Assembly (NCBI GenBank): GCA_039621445.1
Contig: CP154954.1
Location: forward strand, 7,814,634 to 7,878,633
Direction: 5' to 3'
Source: Euglena gracilis
Lineage: Eukaryota
Length of the DNA stretch: 64,000 nucleotides
Position numbers and translations under genes: made by a program. Under the pieces are notes generated by a model, which worked only from the letters and a program-made list of their open reading frames with translations, ran no database searches and was not told where the DNA came from. Positions 1 through 13,100 of this stretch are shown in pieces (within the stretch, counting starts at the first letter, position 1; every line of letters starts with the position of its first letter).

Positions 1-1169
1 CGGGCATCGTCCAGCACTTTTTGGAATCATTATTAATTAATTAATATTAATATTAATATTAATTAAGAATTAATATTCCACCCAAAAAAAGGAAAAATTT
101 ACATTTACAAGTTTAAATTTTATTAGATTTAATTACGGTAAAAATTAAAGTTAACAAATTGGATTGCGCCAGGACTGGCCTGTGAAGCCAGGAGCAGGAA
201 ATGCTTGCCCCCCAACTACTCCCCAGTGATGCTTGGAGCGATCCTGCTCGGCTCATGGGTGGCGTGGCTGGTGTCCGCCCGGAAATGGTTCAAGGGCATC
301 CCTGATGGGCTGCAGTCGAGCACTGATTTGTCCCCGGGTGTGCGTCCCTCCGTTCTCCGAATCCTGCTTTCCTCATAAATTTGTCAGCAGGAATCCCAAC
401 ATCACGTTTTATTTTGCCATTTTGGGGGCATTTTTTTTTGCACCTGGAGCTTCCAGGCCAAATGTGGAGGCCATTTTGCTGATGGGTTGGGGTTGGACTT
501 CAACGTAAACCCTGTCTGGAGTTCATCATATGCCTATGAGCTTTCAGGTTGTCTCAGAAAATGTTTTTTTCTGCATTTTTATTGTTTCGTTCTGCAGTTG
601 ATGGTGACAACACCGAGGCTAACTGCATGCCAGAAAGAGATCCGGAAAGTGATGAGATTGTTGATAAAGTGACAAATAAGCAGGTCTGATGCTTTTTTGA
701 AAGCGCAATTGCAAATGCGTCACTCTGCGTGTCGTTAGTCCCTGCTGTATGTGCATGTGTGCGCGTGCGTGCCTGCGTGCCTGCGTGCATGCATGTGTGT
801 GTCTCCCAACAGGAGTTTATGTTAGTCACCTCCTCCCCAAGTTTCAGCTAGAGAGCTGAGGATGCACATTTTTGCTGGTTTGGCCTCCAGGGGACCTAAT
901 TTGTTTGCTGATTTTTTGTATGCCTGCGCTGTCCCCCCCCCCCCAAAGGCACACCAATGCCCTCTCCCCCAAGGGATGGACAGACCCTTTCACATTGGGA
1001 TTTCCCCGCAGGTAGAATTATAAAATAAAAAGGATTACGGTTTGGGTTTGTTGCATGCAAATGCATTTTCTTCAAGGCCCTTTTCCCTCAAGCGCATTTC
1101 ACCCATGTTTCCCACATTTTTTTTGTGGGAACCCCCCCCCCCAATCAAACACACATGAAAAGTCAGGAA

Positions 1170-1626
1170 CAGGCTTTTGCTTAAGGGATTGCAGTACCCC
1201 CCCCCCCCCCCGGGGGGGGGGGGGCTGGACTGCAGCTAGTCCAAATTTGGCTAGTGGGTTTTCTAGCAGACCCCCCCCCCGGGGGGGGGTCTGCTAGCAG
1301 GGCTAGCTAGTGGGAAAAATTTTTCCAGTGACCGGCGCGAAGCGCCGAAAATTTTTTTTGGGACCCCCAAAAATGCCAAAAAATGCCCGTTTTTGGCCAT
1401 TTTTGGGAATTTTTTGAACAAAATCAGCCAAAAACCTGTAAAAAACCTCATTTTTCCTCTGGCGCGCAGCGCCGGAGGAAAATTTTTTTTCCAGTCCGGG
1501 GGACCCCCGGACCACCCCCCCCCCCCCCCGAGGGGATGGGGGGGGGTCTAGCTAGTCCACTTTTTCCAGTGTCTAGCCGATTGGCTAGCCAGTACCCCCC
1601 CCCGGGGGTCCTTAAGCAAAAGCCTG
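1170..1626. mobile_element. Non-autonomous hAT-type DNA transposon (MITE)
   Basis: 17-bp TIR CAGGCTTTTGCTTAAGG / CCTTAAGCAAAAGCCTG; perfect 8-bp TSD GTCAGGAA at 1162-1169 and 1627-1634; internal GCTAG motifs; no credible ORF. Confidence 0.9.
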
Positions 1627-3630
1627 GTCAGGAACCATTGCTTTCAAAGAAGGAAAAGAAGTAAGGAAAAATCTTTCTGTGTGAGTTTGGCCGCCTGAGT
1701 TCATATCTCAAGCAAGTGGTTTTTTTTGTGTTTCCATCCTCGGGTTGTCTCCCCCAAAAAAAGAATAATATTTGCCAGTTTTTTCCCCCGGAAGTGCGCA
1801 CCTCCGGGTGAGGCACTTTTGGGGGGGGGTCGGGTTTTGGGGTGGGCAGTGCCCTAGCACACTCCCCGGCGCCAAAGGTGCCGGAGCCCGAAAGAGGCCA
1901 TTTTCAAAGGAAATTTGGGCTGGGTCGGCAGGCACCGGGGTCCAAAACCGACCCCCCCCAAGGGGGGTGCTGCGAGCAGCCCAGCTGGGCTGCCCCCTTT
2001 TTGCTGAATCCACCCGAAATATGTGTACGTGTCTTGCAATTCCAAAACTTTTGGAGAAACAATCCAAAAATGGCCAAACGAATGGTGTGTTTAGTTTTCC
2101 CGGGGTTTCCCGGAGTTGTCGCGCGGGCTTTTCAGGAACGAGCCCCGCGGCTCACTTCTTTGATCGATTGTCCAATTTTTGGTTTCTGCTGTCCCAGGTT
2201 AGGACCCGCCCTCCCCCTGAGAGATCCGTGGCTGAGCTTGTCATGTGCGTCGCATTGCTGTATTTAACGTCCCGGCACCCTAATTGACAAGCTTTTATTG
2301 CAGGCGTCTTTTTACCCACCCCGGGTGCCTTGTGCTATGGGGTGCCTCTGCGGCTGGGCGGGGTCAAAATCGGGCCTGGCTACCAGAGTAAATTTCAGGC
2401 TTTGGAAGACTTTGAGAATTCAGCTACCGATTCCGGGCAACCAGCAGCGGATTCAGGGAGGCAATTAATTTTTAGAATAGCTTAAGAAATTTTGACCCCA
2501 CCCCCTGGGGTCCATCCCGCCAGCAACCCGTTTTCCAGCAGACCCCCTCCCCCCATCAATGGGTTTTATTCATTTCATTTCCATTTAATTCAATTTGGGC
2601 GGCTGGACGATGACGGATTTTTGGCTTTCAGGAGTACAAAAAATATGTCGAAATGGGCAAAAATGGGTCGGAAAACAGCAGGCAGGGCAAATTTGGGGTC
2701 AAAAATCGATTGTTTGCATATCTGGCAGTTTTTTGGGATTTTCAGCCTTTTTCCAGCTAGCTTAAGTGTTTTTTTTTCTTCCTTTGAGCTCTTTCAGCAA
2801 CGCCCTGTTTCAGAGGTAAGAGGGAAGAAATGTCGTTGAAATCAAAAGTCTTTTGTTTGGGAAAAGTGCACGCAGATTTCTTGCATCAAAGGCTGGTAAT
2901 TTGATTTGGAAGAGTTGCATTGTTTCGTTTTGTTGTCATCTGGCTGACTGTTTTTTTTTAAAAGGCAAGTTCCTCTTTTTTTTTTCATTTGCAGGTGGCG
3001 TGCTTGACCAAAGCGTCCAATCCATTAGAACAGCGATCATTGAGTATCCCTGCCTCCCCAGTTTTTGTCTGAACCCCCTTCCTCTCCAACAAGTGTCTCA
3101 GGCGGCGCATCTCGCATTTAAGCTTTTTTTTTGGTTGGGGTGTGCCTTTTTGCATTTCGACAAGAATTTGATTTGGACACCGGCGTCACAATGGGTGAGA
3201 GCGAGAGGCAGCAGGATTGGCCAAAATACGAGCAAATTGTCATTTCTGGCACGGGCTCTCCTGGGGATTACATGTTTTATTTGCTGGTTTTTTTTTTTAG
3301 GTTGGACTGACACGAACACCCCCAGTCCTACCCCCCCCCCAAGGTAAAAAAGCACCGACAAAAACACCAAAACCCCAGCTCCGCCTCCCCCTTTTCCTTT
3401 ATGACAACCTGTAGCGCCAGGTGGTGCTCTGGAGGTGAGGAGGCGAGTCCACCCCTTTGTTTGCTTTCTGAAGTTTTTGCGGCGCATTGTGGAGGGTTTT
3501 GAAGTTGGTTACAAAAAGAGTAGCAGTGCACATGCCACATATACAATGGGCTGTTTGAGAATTCTGCCACTGGGAGTTGATGAGGGGGATACAGAACACA
3601 GTCGATGGCAAAAATCCATCAATGCGCCAC

Positions 3631-3943
3631 CAGGGCGGTCCATAAGGGAACGGGAAGTTTTTTTTTTCTTTAAGGACCGCCCCTTAAGGACCGCCCCCCC
3701 CCCCCCCGACCAAGGATCGACTGGGACTTGAACGGGGGTCGAAAACCAAAAAGTCGAAAAACGCATTTTTTGACGCTATGGGCGGATGGGCGATGTTCCA
3801 AAACTGCCAGGAATCACTTTTTTTTTTCCGAAGTCGACCCGTTTCGGGTAAAATACGGCCACTTTTCGGTCATGGATTTTCAAAAAAATTTTCTCGGCTG
3901 GGCCGGGACGGGATTTTTTTTTTTTTGCTTAAGGACCGCCCTG
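3631..3943. mobile_element. MITE-like element with terminal inverted repeats
   Basis: CAGGGCGGTCCATAAG at the left and CTTAAGGACCGCCCTG at the right (1 mismatch); internal copies of TTAAGGACCGCCC; no TSD found. Confidence 0.55.
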
Positions 3944-6570
3944 ATGTTTAAGGCTCCATTGCAATGGAGTTAATGCCACAATCTCATGCCATTGTTTTTT
4001 CAGCTCCAAACATGCTCACATAGGAGTCTACTGGTTGGGATTTAAAATGGTCGGTGTGGGCAAATGTGCACATCGTGCATGTGCACATTTGCGCACATCG
4101 ACATCATGTATGCGAGTGTTCCCATGGTGCTGGACCCCCTCTTTTGAATACTGCTGGTATGTTTGGGCGGTTGGTATGCACAATTTCCCATGTCAACCAT
4201 TAAAATGGCTGCTTTTCGCAATGGTGCACACCAATCAAAATTTGTTTTCAAGCTTGTTGTTTTCAGTTTGAAGCCTTGGCAACAGGGAAGGATGCGAGAA
4301 GACAAGAATGGGAACAGGAGAAGAGCAGCGTGTGGGGGTGTTGTGGTCAAAATGGTGGCGCTGTAAGGTATGTCTGAGATGGTCAAATGAAGCATGTCAG
4401 TGTATTGCATTGCATGGCCCCCTGAACACCAAGATTTTCAAGTCAGTTGACACGTCCAGGCCATTGTATTGTGCCTCATTTTTGGACAAGAAACTGGAGT
4501 TGAAGGGCACTTTTAAACTCAGTTTTTCAGGATAAAACCTGGAAGTCCCGAAGTTCTGATGGTTTTTTTCGGGGGTCAGAAATTGCTTTTTCACAGGCTA
4601 AACAGCCGATGTTCAAATTTGGGCCTCACGCTGGTTTTTTAGTTGCATTTAAGTTCTACAAAGTACCTCGCATTTAAGGATTTCCAAATTGCAGTAGTGC
4701 CGCTCTCTCTGAACGGTACGTATTTTAAGTTGTCCAAGTGGTTTGCGTGCGCAGATGCGCAAACCAATCAAACAGACTTTTTTTGAATTTGTACAAACCA
4801 ACCACTTGTACAATTCTGCAAACACACAAATTGCCGCTGGCACATATGTCCCTTTTCACAGTTACACAGGTTTGTGTGCGCCAACCACTTGCGCGTTTGC
4901 ACACTCCGACCGCCAATTTTTCACACAAAAGCATCAGGCTTGGGCACACCCCATCAAATCGTTCAGTCAACATCTTAAGTCAATGAGGCAGAAATTAGAG
5001 TGTTCCAAACCCATTTGCTGAATGTTGCGTATACCATGTGCTGTGGTGATATATGCCTTGCCCTCAGGCACAAAGTCAACTGCTCAAAGTCCCTGCTTCC
5101 ATCTCCCCGTCCTAACCCCATCACATCCTGCTGACATTTTTGGGTTTTGGGGAGTCATGTCCAGGGGTTTTGTCAAAAATGTCGATATGCGCATTTGCCC
5201 AAATCGACAACAAAAAAAATCTTTAAGTGCGAGATGCGCGCCTAAGTATGTGCCTTCCTTCCTATTCTTTTTCCAGCAGCTTTAAAGTCTCTGAAAAATA
5301 GATTCACTTGACACCTGTGTGATCCCACCCCATGGGGTTTAAGAATGAGTGGTGGTTTGGCCCGCTGGACCGCCCCCCCCCCCCCCAATGGTGCACCTCG
5401 GGTGGGGTGCGCCATGGGTAGGATTTTGGCCCTGCAGAAGGCTAGGCCGGAGAATTTTTCAAGTGTTTTCAGCCGACGTTGGCTGGGTTTGGGGGGTTGG
5501 TTTTTGAAAAAAGTCGGTGGGTGGGTTTGGTATGAGAAAAATTGCCCCCCCCCCCCCCGGATCACCAAGTGAATCTATGCTCTGGATCACCCCCGTGCCC
5601 TACTTCATTGCATTGCTTTCAGGTCTATGCAGGTTGTCTGGCTGGCTTCCGATTGTCTTGGCCGATTGTTCCAGCCACATAGCTGCGGCTATTGCGGATG
5701 TGAGTCACAGTGATCACTTTTTTGGAAACCCACCTTCATGTCCACGGCTTCCGGCTTCTTTTAAACTCGGAAGGCCCCTCCCCCTGGGGGAGGGGCCCCA
5801 GGCAGGAGGCGTGGGGGTGGGTTGTTGTCAAAATTGTAGTACTTGCACAAATGCACCGCCCAATTTTTCACAAAACAAGTTAGGGATGCTGTTCGCAAAA
5901 AGTGAATCTGGGGAATGTTTCATTTTCCCCATTTGAATGAATGAAAAGCCCCCTGTTGGAGCGGCAAGAAATTGTCGACCCTGGACGGGGGGGGCAGTGG
6001 TTGCCCCTCCCCGCATGGGCTATCGCGTTGCTTTGCTCTGCCGGTGTCTAGAGGGATGCCGCCAATTTATCCACCCACTGCGCGGCGCATTGCGGAGGAT
6101 CTTGCCCGTGGACCTCCACCCCAGGTCTTCTAAACTGGAAGGTGATGGCCCTTCGGGGAGGGCTGGGTTGTTCTTGTCAATCTAGGGGACCTTGCTGGAG
6201 TGCACAACGCACTTGTTGTGTGTTGTAACACTGGATGTTTTTGGGATTGGGGTTGTTTCTGTTTTGTTTTGTTGCCCAGTGTTTCAGTTTCGGCCCTGGG
6301 GGACCTGTGCCCTCGGATCGCGAAGCTCCACGTCGTTGCTTTCGTGCCCAGGCCCTGGGAGTCCGGCCAGGATTTTTTCCCCCCTTTTGCCAGCACCTTC
6401 ATTCCGGTCATTTTTTTCCCAGGCCGGCTGGTGGGGTGGTGTGGAGGGGGGGTTGGGTTTCCACAGGGGCGAGGGGCCAGATTAAATGTCCATTTTCAAG
6501 GGAAAATTGACCAGGTCAGCAGGCACCGGGGCCCAAAACCGACCCCTTAAATAAATTCCTGCCTTGGGAC

Positions 6571-7290
6571 CAGGCTTGTGCTTAGTCGGGTGCCTACCCC
6601 ACGGGGGGGGGTGCTTGGGGCAGGCACCCCATAGCACCCGATCCGACCCCCCCCCCGGGGGTGCCCTCCGACCCCGGCGCCTTTGGCGCCGGGGGCCCGG
6701 GAAAGGCCATTTTCAATGAAAATTTTCTGGGTCCCCCGGACCCCTATCCCCCTGGGGGGGGGGGGTGCCTGCTAGGGGCAGGCACCCTATACAGGGGGGG
6801 GGGGGAATGCAACTTGCATAATTTGCATTTTTTTGCATAATCGGCTTTTCCTGAAATTTGCATTTTTTTGCATTTTTTTGCATTTTTTTGCATAAAATAT
6901 TTTCCCCGGACCAAATTTTTGTAGTTGGTTGCCATATGTTTGAATTTTTTTGCATATTTTTGCATTTTCTACATAAAATATTTTGCCCTGGAAAAAAATT
7001 TTGTTGTTGGTTGCCATATGTATGGATTTTTTTGCATTTTTTTGCATTTTTTTTGCATAAAATATTTTGCCCTGGAAATTTTTTTTGATCTTAGGCATGA
7101 AAGCTCTGTTATATTCCAGTTTTTTCTCAGGTTTTTCATGCAAGTTGCATTTTTTTGCATTTTTTTGCATTTTTTTGCATTTTTTTGCATTTTTTTGACT
7201 TGCATAATTTGAAGGGCCCAGTTGCATTTCCCCCCCCCTACCCTATAGCACCCACCCCCCCTCCCCCCCCGGTCGGTATGCACAAGCATG
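6571..7290. mobile_element. hAT-type MITE hosting a nested MITE
   Basis: Imperfect TIR CAGGCTTGTGC / GCACAAGCATG; 8-bp TSD CTTGGGAC at 6563-6570 and 7291-7298. Confidence 0.8.
6792..7240. mobile_element. Nested MITE filled with TTTTTTGCA-type repeats
   Basis: TIR AG(n)AATGCAACT / AGTTGCATTTC(n)T; ACCCTATA duplicated at 6784-6791 and 7240-7247; interior made of about 10-bp TTTTTTGCA(T) repeats. Confidence 0.75.
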
Positions 7291-9343
7291 CTTGGGACAT
7301 CATTTTCACCCCATTCTTTTGTTTGTTTTTTCCCCATTTCTGCCGTTGTTGGAAAGTGGAATGAAGCGAAGATGTGCTGCCATGAATGCTTTGCCCCCGC
7401 CATCCTTCCTTGCTGGGGAGTTGACACGATCCGGTTGGATCCGTCATTGATGGGTTCTTCTCTGGATTGGCGGAAACTCTCTTCAGCCCGTTTAATTCAT
7501 TTTCCCAGTGCCGACCTCAAAATTGGATGGGCCGAAGGTGCTGGCAGAACAGGCACTCCAAAGCCCGACCCTGTACAGCCGGTTGTGGGGATCCATGCTT
7601 TGCCGGCGAACCTCAGTGAGGGAAATATTTAAAGGGTTGAAAAGCCAGAATATTGCGTGTTTTGTATGGTGAAGAAGAATGTTGCATAGCATCATCAAAT
7701 GATGGGGTCTGAGTTGTGGACATTTGGGCATGCTGATTTCAATGAAAAGCATTTTACATGTTTGTGTCAGATTCAAAATATGGGTTTTTGTGTGTACACA
7801 TTGTGGAAAATTGCATTGGCAGGGGAATTCCAGGATGAGGGTGCAGCGTTAGAAACTTTGACCCCCAGGGGGGGGATCCAGCCAGCCACCAGTCTTTTCC
7901 CCAGAAGTTTTATTAATTTCAGCCGCCCTCAGGGCAGCTGGACAGTGACGCATTCTTTGCTTTCGGTGCCATAATGGGTCAGATGTTAAAAAAAAAACAA
8001 TTTTGGCAAATTTTTTTTGGAATTTCGACTATTTGGCACCCCTTGTCGACAAAGAAAAGTTCCAGTCCAGGGGGGTCAGCCAGAAGGCCCCCAGCCGCCC
8101 CAAAATTTCCAGCTTCTGGGCCAAAACGTCGTTGAGCGACACCTCGGGCTCCGCACTTTGCCATTGTGAGGCCATGCCTTCCTCGCCGGCGGTTTGTTGC
8201 GATTGTTTTGGCGCGCTGGGTCTGGAGTCCCCGCTCGGTGCCTTTTTCGCCGGAGTTTGCTGACTCCTAAAATTGCCCTTCGACGCCCAGAAGACAGGAG
8301 CAGAATCTACCAACCAAGGGAAGAAGTCTGCATCAAACGACTATCCAAAAGGACACGGCCCAGACCAGTCGGGCTCCGCACTGCGAAATGGTGAGGCCCT
8401 GCCTTCCTTGCCGGCTGTTCTGTTCTGTGTTTGTGCGTGCGCGGGCCCCCCCTTCCAGGGGAAAAAGCTAAGGCTACGGCAGCCTCTCAAGAAAGATCAG
8501 AAATCCAAAGGATTCAAATCAAAATCAAGGCTATGGCAGCCATCATTGGACAGGGCCTGGGGCACAGAATCATGGCTATGGCAGCCATCATCCAAGAGGG
8601 CAGTGGGCCCAAGTGCAAGGCTATGGCAGCCTGTGTCCAAACCTGGACAGATCCCACTGGGGAAAGGTACGTCCAACTTACCCCACAGCTCTCTCAAACA
8701 TAAACCCCTCAGGAGCTGCCCATCCAAGCAAGCAGCCCCCCTTTCAGGGGAAGGCCAACGGAGGCCATTATATCCAAGAGGCCAATGGAGGCCAGGGGGA
8801 AAATATCAAGGCCAATGGAGGCCATTTCAATCAAAATCAGGTGGCCATGGGAGGCCAATGCATTCAAGACCACAGCCCTTGGGGGGGAGGCCCAAGATTG
8901 GCTCAGACAAGCCCCCCCCAGAAGATAATCAGCCCAGCCTTATATGTACCCCACCACTGCAGACACAGACCTTCCCCCATCTTTCAAATACAGGGGGAAG
9001 CCTGTCTTTGAGCAGCCCTATGGCAGGGCCAGAGGTGACCCCAGTGATGGGGCAGCCAGAGCTGACCCCAGTGATGGGGCAGCCAGGGGGAAGGACCCCA
9101 GTGATGGGGCCTTTGGAATCCCCAGACACATTACACCCAGGGGTGCCCCCCTACAGGGCCCTGCAGGCCAGAATTCCCCATTGGGTAAAGGCAGGAGCCA
9201 GCACAGAGGTATTAAACCTGATAAGGGAAGGGGTCAGGGCAGATCTTCCCCTCCCCCCTCAGATGTCCTTAAAAGTTCCCTTCAAAACTCCCCAAGAAAT
9301 AAGGACTGCCCAGAGAATTCTGAGAGAATACGAATGTGCAGGG

Positions 9344-10178
9344 TGTCGGCCGCCGGCTTTCGCCGGCAGCCAAAAATTGCCAGAAAGCGCAAAATTCAAA
9401 GTCGCGGGTAACAGCCAACCAGTTAAAAAAACCCGCGACTTAAATTGGAAGCGGGTCAAATTACTTTGAGCTTTCAAATTCATCTTTTTCACAGAATTTG
9501 AGGGGTTTTCCCCATTATTTGGCAAAGAAGAAATACATTGAATTGGATTTGATCAATCACATTGTGGAATTGGAATTGGCAATTACATTGTTGGTCACCA
9601 CATTGTTGGTTGTATTCATTGAAGGATTGGTTTGAAGGAGCCTACAACACCACCACCCTCACCGCCACCTATACCCTATACCCCTCCTCCTTGCCCCAGG
9701 TTTGCACATTTTCACACATTCACATCACACATTTGTTTTCAATTCTTCACATTCAGCTGCTTTCAGTTTCTCAGTTTCAGAGTTTCAGAATTCAAGTTAC
9801 TTTTAGTTTCTCACTCTCAAAGTTCCAAGTTCAGTGGGTTGGTTTTTGCCTACAAGGTGTGCGTGAGAGAGAGAGAGAGAGAAGTGAGATTTTCACACCA
9901 AATGGCAGATTTTTCGGTGTTCACCAAATTTTCAGAAAACATTAAAAAAACGATCCTACGCACCGGCTGGGGTAGGGGGAAACACCTGGGTGAAAAAATG
10001 GGAGTTGGCCTGAGCCCACCAACCCCCAGAAAAAGCACAGGCCCCGCCCCGGAAACACCCACCCCCCGGCTGTCGGTGGTTATCCACGACGGCGAGGACC
10101 CCCCCGGGCCCTCAGCCCACCGGGACTCGCCGGTCGCGGGGGCGACCGGCGGCGCACAGGGGGTGGGGCCGGCGAACA
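9344..10178 (+). repeat. 5' LTR (835 bp)
   Basis: TGTCGGCC...GGCGAACA; matches 21278-22108 apart from about 6 substitutions seen by eye and (GA)9 versus (GA)7. Confidence 0.97.
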
Positions 10179-13100
10179 TGGTTAGCAGAGGTCGGCTCAC
10201 TGACTTCGTCAGTGAGATTTTTTCAGATTCGGTGAACGTTGTTGCAGAGATTTGTTCCGCTGCCTCTGCCAGCAGAATCAGTGCAAAGTTTTCAGATTCG
10301 GCTGACATCGCAAGCAAAGGTTGTTTCACTCACCCAGTCACTGAAAATTTTTTAGAGACGGTCGACACGGTCACAGAGATTTGTTCTGGTGGCTGTGCCA
10401 GCAGAATGGTACACAAGGACAGTTTCATCAACCCTGTGGTCTGTGAATTTTCAGAAGAATCTGCAGAAATCTGCTCGTTTCCCGGCCAATCTGTCCGAGT
10501 TTCAGATTGTGGTGAAAATTTTCTGAGATCTGTGGCGGAAAGCTGCATTCAGAACGAAAAGGAAACTGAATTTTCTGCAGCCCAGTTTTCAGAACCTGTG
10601 GCATCATTGCAAATCATGATGGAATCTGTGGCAGAAAACAATTTTCAGGCTGCAGAAACTTTATCGGCTTCAGGATTTTCAGAAACGACACAGGAATCAG
10701 AATCTGATTCTGATTCGGGGAGGGGGTCATTTACATGCATTAGGCCCATCACGGTGGTAGGGCCAGAAAATTTTCAGCCGGTTCCACTGCACAGCAGTGA
10801 TGAGGAACCAGACCCCCCAGCTTACGAAAGCGAATCAGAGGAAGAAAAACAGGCTGAAAACGCCATAATTCAGGAAATGGTTATGCAGAAAATGAAAGCT
10901 GCTGGCATGTGGCCAGTAAATTTTTCAGGTTTTCAGCAAATTTCTGTGTCATCACGAGACAGCAGCCCAGGGCCAGAACAAAAAATTTTGTGTTTAACAG
11001 CCCAGCCAGAACCATTGCTGTTAACACGGAGTTCAGAACCGCAGTCAGCACAGCCAGCTGCAGCCCAGCTGCAGGTTTTTCAGCCAACCCAGCCGTTTTC
11101 GGCTGAGATATCTGTCCCAGCCCAGGTGCCTGGGCAGGTTCTTCACCCAGCCCAGCAGTTTTCGGCTGGGTCATCTGTCCCAGCAATCAGGCAGCCAGCC
11201 CAGATGACTTCACAGGTTTTTCAGCCAGCCCAGCAGTTTTCGGCTGAGTCATCTGTTCCAGCAATCATGGGGCCAGCCCAGATGACTTTACAAGTTTTTC
11301 AGACAGCTCAGCAGTTTTCGGCTGAGTCATCTGTTCCAGCAATCATGGGACCAGCCCAGATGCATGGGCAGGTTTTTCAGCCAGCGTTAACAGTGTCTTC
11401 AAACACAGTCCCAGCCCAGATTTTTCAGCCAATTCAGCCAGATTTTCCACAGACCCAGCCACAGAATTTACAGCCAAACACCAGTTTTTCTGCAGAAACT
11501 GGGTCCGAAAACCCTGAAAATCAGCATGATGTGGAAATGGAATCGGGCTATGGCCAATCTGATGATGATTGGAACAACTGGGGTGAAGAAATCAGTTGCA
11601 AAATTGAATGTTTACATGGCAGAATTTTGGTGCAGGAAGGAAAAAACCCTGAAAAAACGGCTGAAAATCTGGTGGGTGAGGCAGAAAACAGGCTAAATCA
11701 GGCATTGGCCATGTCACAGGGGCAGACATTGAATCTGGTGAATGAGGCATTGGGCATGCATGATGGGCAAATGGCTGATCACATTGCCATGGTGAAACCT
11801 GAAATTCAGGCTGAACTGAGTGCAACTGTAAACGACTTGCTTTTGCAGTTTCAGCAAAATGGTGAAATGGTTCAAAATCTGGCCCAATGCCAAAGGCATT
11901 TGTTGAGTGTGGAAATGGAACGGCAGTTTGCTGAAAAAGTGAAGAAAGTGGAGGATGGAGTTAACTCGTTTTTTGAGGCCCAGGTTGAGGGGTTGAGAAA
12001 AAATGAGAGGGATTTTTCTCAGAAGCTGTCGTTTTTGGAAAAATCTGTGGGGGAGATGCACGTGGTGGTGCAACAAGTGGGGGAGAAGGAAAAACAGCAG
12101 GAAATTGCTGTTAATCAGGTCAAATCTGCAGTCGGTGAGCTAAGCTCTGGTCTGGAGGGACGCTTTGGGATCATTTTTCAGCAATGTAAAAGTTTGGGGG
12201 AGACTGAGTGTGCCAAATTTCAGGCACAGGCTGAGAAATTGAAGGAATTTTCACAGTCCCTGGAGCGAGAGAGCAAAGCTCTGAATGATCGTTTGGGGAG
12301 GTTGGAGAATTTTCTGGGTCGGAAAGATTTTCCCATTGAGAAAGTCTGTGACCTGATTAACAAGAGTGAGGAAACAATTCGGTTGGAGGTGCAAAGGGAG
12401 TTGGGGCTGCAAACGAGAAAGAATTTGGAGGTCATTATCAGTGAAATGTTGCAGGAAAGGTTGAGGCTGAGTGAAAGGGAGGGGCAGTTTGAAAAAGTTC
12501 GGGCTGAAATGGAAAATTCGATGAAACAGCAGGTTGGAGTTTTACTGCAACAGCAGTCCAGTGAACTTTTTAAAGAACAGCAGGAGCGGAAAAAATTGCA
12601 ACAAAAGCTGGATTTATTTCAGGCTGAGTTTTTGGTGATGAAAAATGAGCAAGCTGAATCTGCCAAATCTGCGACAGTGGATCTGACAAAGGAAACGAGA
12701 GAAAAATCAGCTGGAAACCCAGAAATCGAAGAGTTTGATCTTTTTGGTTACAACGATTTACCTGTGATCGAGAAAAATCCGGTTGAAATTGAAGGCTATG
12801 AATACGCTGAACCAGGATCACATGCGACACATGTCAGGCAGGTTTGTGCACGACCTGTGGGGGCAGTGCCTGCAGGTGCAGGGCTGGTTCCATCAAATGC
12901 AGTGGCAACGCATCAATTGATGAAAAACCTGGTGGCTCCAAATTTTTCTGGACAGCCAAAAGACTGGTCGTCCTTTGTGCGGGATTGGGATCAATATTTC
13001 AGGACGTTGGTTATTTTGCAAAATGGATATATGTCTGATTCACTCAAGCTTCAGCATTTTGCAATGACGCTGGACGACACAAATCAAAAGGAATTGCAAT

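Noticed and set aside
5298-5578. 13-bp inverted repeat ATAGATTCACTTG / CAAGTGAATCTAT
   Set aside because: No TSD or defined termini; probably a MITE remnant, cannot be classified.
6713-7427. KKMQKNA-repeat ORFs
   Set aside because: Artefact of TTTTTTGCA repeats inside a MITE.
9632-10177. gag start at 9632 as given by the ORF track
   Set aside because: Non-ATG start inside the LTR, and the frame is broken in the 3' LTR by the GA-repeat indel; the true start is unresolved.
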